A stretch of DNA of 19,661 bases from Coleofasciculus chthonoplastes F2-STO-03 (GTDB lineage: Bacteria; Cyanobacteriota; Cyanobacteriia; Cyanobacteriales; Coleofasciculaceae), in contig JAVJWO010000202.1 in the NCBI GenBank assembly GCA_040222015.1, positions 1 to 19,661 on the forward strand, in the 5' to 3' direction. Numbering within the stretch: the stretch's first letter is position 1; each line of letters begins with the position of its first letter. Of this stretch, positions 17,379 to 19,661 are shown in pieces. The notes beneath the pieces were generated by a model. The model saw nothing but the letters and a program-made list of their open reading frames with translations, had not been told where the DNA came from and searched no databases. A program made the position numbers and the translations under genes.

Positions 17379-17474
17379 TATTGGCGTGACCGGATTAAAA
17401 TAGGACTTTGTTTGTAGTAAGCACAAAGCGTGCTTTAACGCCTAGCTGGAGAGAGCTAAAGCTCTCACTACGAA
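17379..17474 (-). repeat. Two-hairpin GTAG repeat (right, inverted member of the pair)
   Basis: Reverse complement reads GTAGTGAGAGCTTTAGCTCTCTCCAGCTAGGCGTTAAAGCAC...ACTACAAACAAA...CACGCCAATA, matching 16508-16590. Confidence 0.8.
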
Positions 17475-17484
17475 CCAACTTAAC

Positions 17485-19661
17485 TTATTGGGCATTACCA
17501 ATTAAAATAAATGGTGACCAATAGAAGGGATGACGATCAATCTGTTGAAGTTTTGCCTGACGCAGGGCTTCGCCTTTACTCATCCCTTGGTTGAGATTTT
17601 GATAAAATTGGGTCATAATTTCGGATGTTGTTTCATCCTCAGCATTCCACAAACTTGCCATCACTGCTTTAGCACCTGCCCGTTCAAATAAGTAGGCAAT
17701 ACCTGCAATTTCTCGCCCGTCTGATTCTTCTCGCAAAGCGGTTTGACAGGCGCTGAGGATAAGAAGTTCAGTATTTTTCATGCCTAATCGTGCAGCATTG
17801 GCGATGTTGAAGGGTTCATCGGCAAATAGGAGGGTGTTGGGTTCCATATCGATGCGGCGTACACCATTACAGTCTTCCTCTTCTCCTAAACAGCAACCCT
17901 CAGATTCAAAACAGCCGTGAGTGGCAAGGTGGATCACTGGGAAGCGAGAGGCGTGATATTTGAATCTTTCGACAGTGGCGTCGTTACCCAGATAGATTTC
18001 ACTTCCAGGTAGGAGGTTGGGTAGATTTTTGATTTCGGCTTCCGCACCCGGTAAATTATAGGGTTCTTCCGGGATGGGATTCCCTAATCCTAATGCCCCA
18101 ATCTGTAAAGATGGAGAATTTTCGGTGTCTGTCAATTGCAGGGAATTGACACTTAAGCGAGTGAAATAATTGATGGGATAGTCTTCAATTAAGAATTTGC
18201 CTGTGTCTCGGTTGTAGAGGGTTTCAAAGGGAATATAGCGCAATTTACCTGTGGCGATGATGGCAATTTTGCTAGGATATAATGCCTGAATTTGGTCTTC
18301 AATGGGACGAATTAATAAGTCGTAGAGTTCGCTTCCCCTGTCGCGGAAGCCTGTGGCATAACGGTTTTGCAATATCTCTCGGTAGTCAGTAATTAGGGTA
18401 TCTAGTTTATCCGGATCGACGGGAACTTTTTTAACCGTGATGGGTTGGTCTTTCGTCAGGATAAAAATGGCGATATTGTTGGGAACATCTTTTATATTGG
18501 TCAGCAGGACGGGCTGAATAACGACTGTACCATCGGGGATACTGGCTTGGAGTTTTTCAATATCATCAGGCGTGGTTTCTAGAAGTTCAGCAACTTCAGG
18601 ATACTGGCGAGAGATGTCTTCCGCTTCTTGGTTAACTTGTGCCTCAAATTCCCGAAATTGGCGGGAGCGTTCCTCAGAAAAGTTGGCTTGTAATTGCTGG
18701 CGGAGGATTTCTAATTGCTGATTTTTTTGATTCCACTGGTCTAAAGATTTTTGGGCTTTGGTATTACTCACTTGAGCATCAATGAGGCGGGTATAATCAG
18801 CGAGTTCGGCTGTGCTGTAAAGGTTAATCCATTCAAAAGCTTTTTCAGGTTGATTTTGGTCAATCAAGAGGTTTGTTAGAGTAATGACACGACCTGGCTT
18901 ATTTCGTAAAAATGACTGCCGATTTTCTCGTAGTAAGCCGCGACGCATTTCTAGGGTAATGGTAATAGCTTGCTTGAGGTTACTAATCGCCTGTTGGGGT
19001 TGTTCGATAGTATCGTAGACTGCACCGATGTTATTGAGAGTAGTGGCAACACCAGAACGCTCGCCCACTTCCTGGAAAATAGGTAAGGCTTGGTTAAAGT
19101 AGTCTAATGCCTGTTGGAGTTGTCCGATGTCATTGTAGACCAAGCCAATATTATTGAGAGTGGCAGCTTCGCCAGAGAAATCGTCCACTTCCCGACGAAT
19201 CGGTAAAGCTTGGTTAAAGTAGTCTAATGCCTGTTGGGGTTGTCCGATGGTATCGTAGACTGCACCAATATTATTGAGAGTAGTGGCAACACCAGAGAGA
19301 TCGCCCACTTCCTGGAAAATAGGTAAGGCTTGGTTATAGTAGTCTAATGCCTGTTGGGGTTGTCCGATGGTATCGTAGACTGCACCAATATTATTGAGAG
19401 TACCAGCTTCACCAGAGAGATCGCTCACTTCCCGGCGAATAGGTAAGGCTTGGTTATAGTAGTCTAATGCCTGTTGGGGTTGTCCGATGGTATCGTAGAC
19501 TGAACCAATATTATTGAGAATAGCAGCTTCGCCAGAGAGATCGCCCACTTCCTGGAAAATAGGTAAGGCTTGGTTATAGTAGTCTAATGCCTGTTGGGGT
19601 TGTCCAATAGTATCGTAGACTGAACCAATATTATTGAGAGTAGTGGCAACACCTGAGCGAT
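17485..19661 (-). CDS. TPR-repeat + CHAT (caspase HetF-associated) protease; 5'-partial, start lies beyond the window
   Basis: Frame stays open past 19548 to the window edge (RSGVATTLNNIGSVY...). 40-aa TPR units; CHAT motifs LYDLLIRPI, LRYIPFETL, LPGAEAE, HLATHG, LSACQTA, ASLWNAED and HPFYWSPFILIG. Confidence 0.92.
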   Translation of the reverse strand, partial: RSGVATTLNNIGSVYDTIGQPQQALDYYNQALPIFQEVGDLSGEAAILNNIGSVYDTIGQPQQALDYYNQALPIRREVSDLSGEAGTLNNIGAVYDTIGQPQQALDYYNQALPIFQEVGDLSGVATTLNNIGAVYDTIGQPQQALDYFNQALPIRREVDDFSGEAATLNNIGLVYNDIGQLQQALDYFNQALPIFQEVGERSGVATTLNNIGAVYDTIEQPQQAISNLKQAITITLEMRRGLLRENRQSFLRNKPGRVITLTNLLIDQNQPEKAFEWINLYSTAELADYTRLIDAQVSNTKAQKSLDQWNQKNQQLEILRQQLQANFSEERSRQFREFEAQVNQEAEDISRQYPEVAELLETTPDDIEKLQASIPDGTVVIQPVLLTNIKDVPNNIAIFILTKDQPITVKKVPVDPDKLDTLITDYREILQNRYATGFRDRGSELYDLLIRPIEDQIQALYPSKIAIIATGKLRYIPFETLYNRDTGKFLIEDYPINYFTRLSVNSLQLTDTENSPSLQIGALGLGNPIPEEPYNLPGAEAEIKNLPNLLPGSEIYLGNDATVERFKYHASRFPVIHLATHGCFESEGCCLGEEEDCNGVRRIDMEPNTLLFADEPFNIANAARLGMKNTELLILSACQTALREESDGREIAGIAYLFERAGAKAVMASLWNAEDETTSEIMTQFYQNLNQGMSKGEALRQAKLQQIDRHPFYWSPFILIGNAQ
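18989..19661 (-). repeat. 120-bp near-identical tandem TPR-coding repeats (at least 5.6 units)
   Basis: GCCTGTTGG(G/A)GTTGT recurs at 18989, 19109, 19229, 19349, 19469 and 19589. Confidence 0.95.

Noticed and set aside
18989..19661. Diversity-generating retroelement TR/VR pair
   Set aside because: The repeats are tandem and coding, the differences are not adenine-specific, and no reverse transcriptase is in the window.

Overview
Chromosomal window from a filamentous cyanobacterium. The evidence is at least 18 HIP1 GCGATCGC octamers, vipp1, XisH/XisI and STRR heptamers; an Oscillatoriales-like origin is inference. Gene order: the 3' end and right end of an IS200/IS605 tnpB element abutting menB, a small Cys-rich ORF, a DUF721/DciA-like gene and a Pro-rich membrane protein with a SPOR-like C-terminus. 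Three tandem PspA/IM30 (ESCRT-III-like) genes follow, the first a recent two-unit pspA/vipp1 mosaic. Then come a thioredoxin, a class I/II aminotransferase, a pseudo-caspase-nSTAND-TM-WD40 gene, a cbiG-cobJ fusion, ureG, a decayed xisH/xisI pair bracketed by ~90-bp inverted repeats, and a TPR-CHAT protease gene that runs off the right edge. The window is dense in GTAG-type REP-like/MITE elements. Several of these are nested or translated in frame inside genes. The most unusual observations are the chimeric PspA/Vipp1 gene, the in-frame repeat insertions with covarying stems, and the TnpB guide segment covering the menB ribosome-binding region. All family calls are from motif recognition; no database searches were run.
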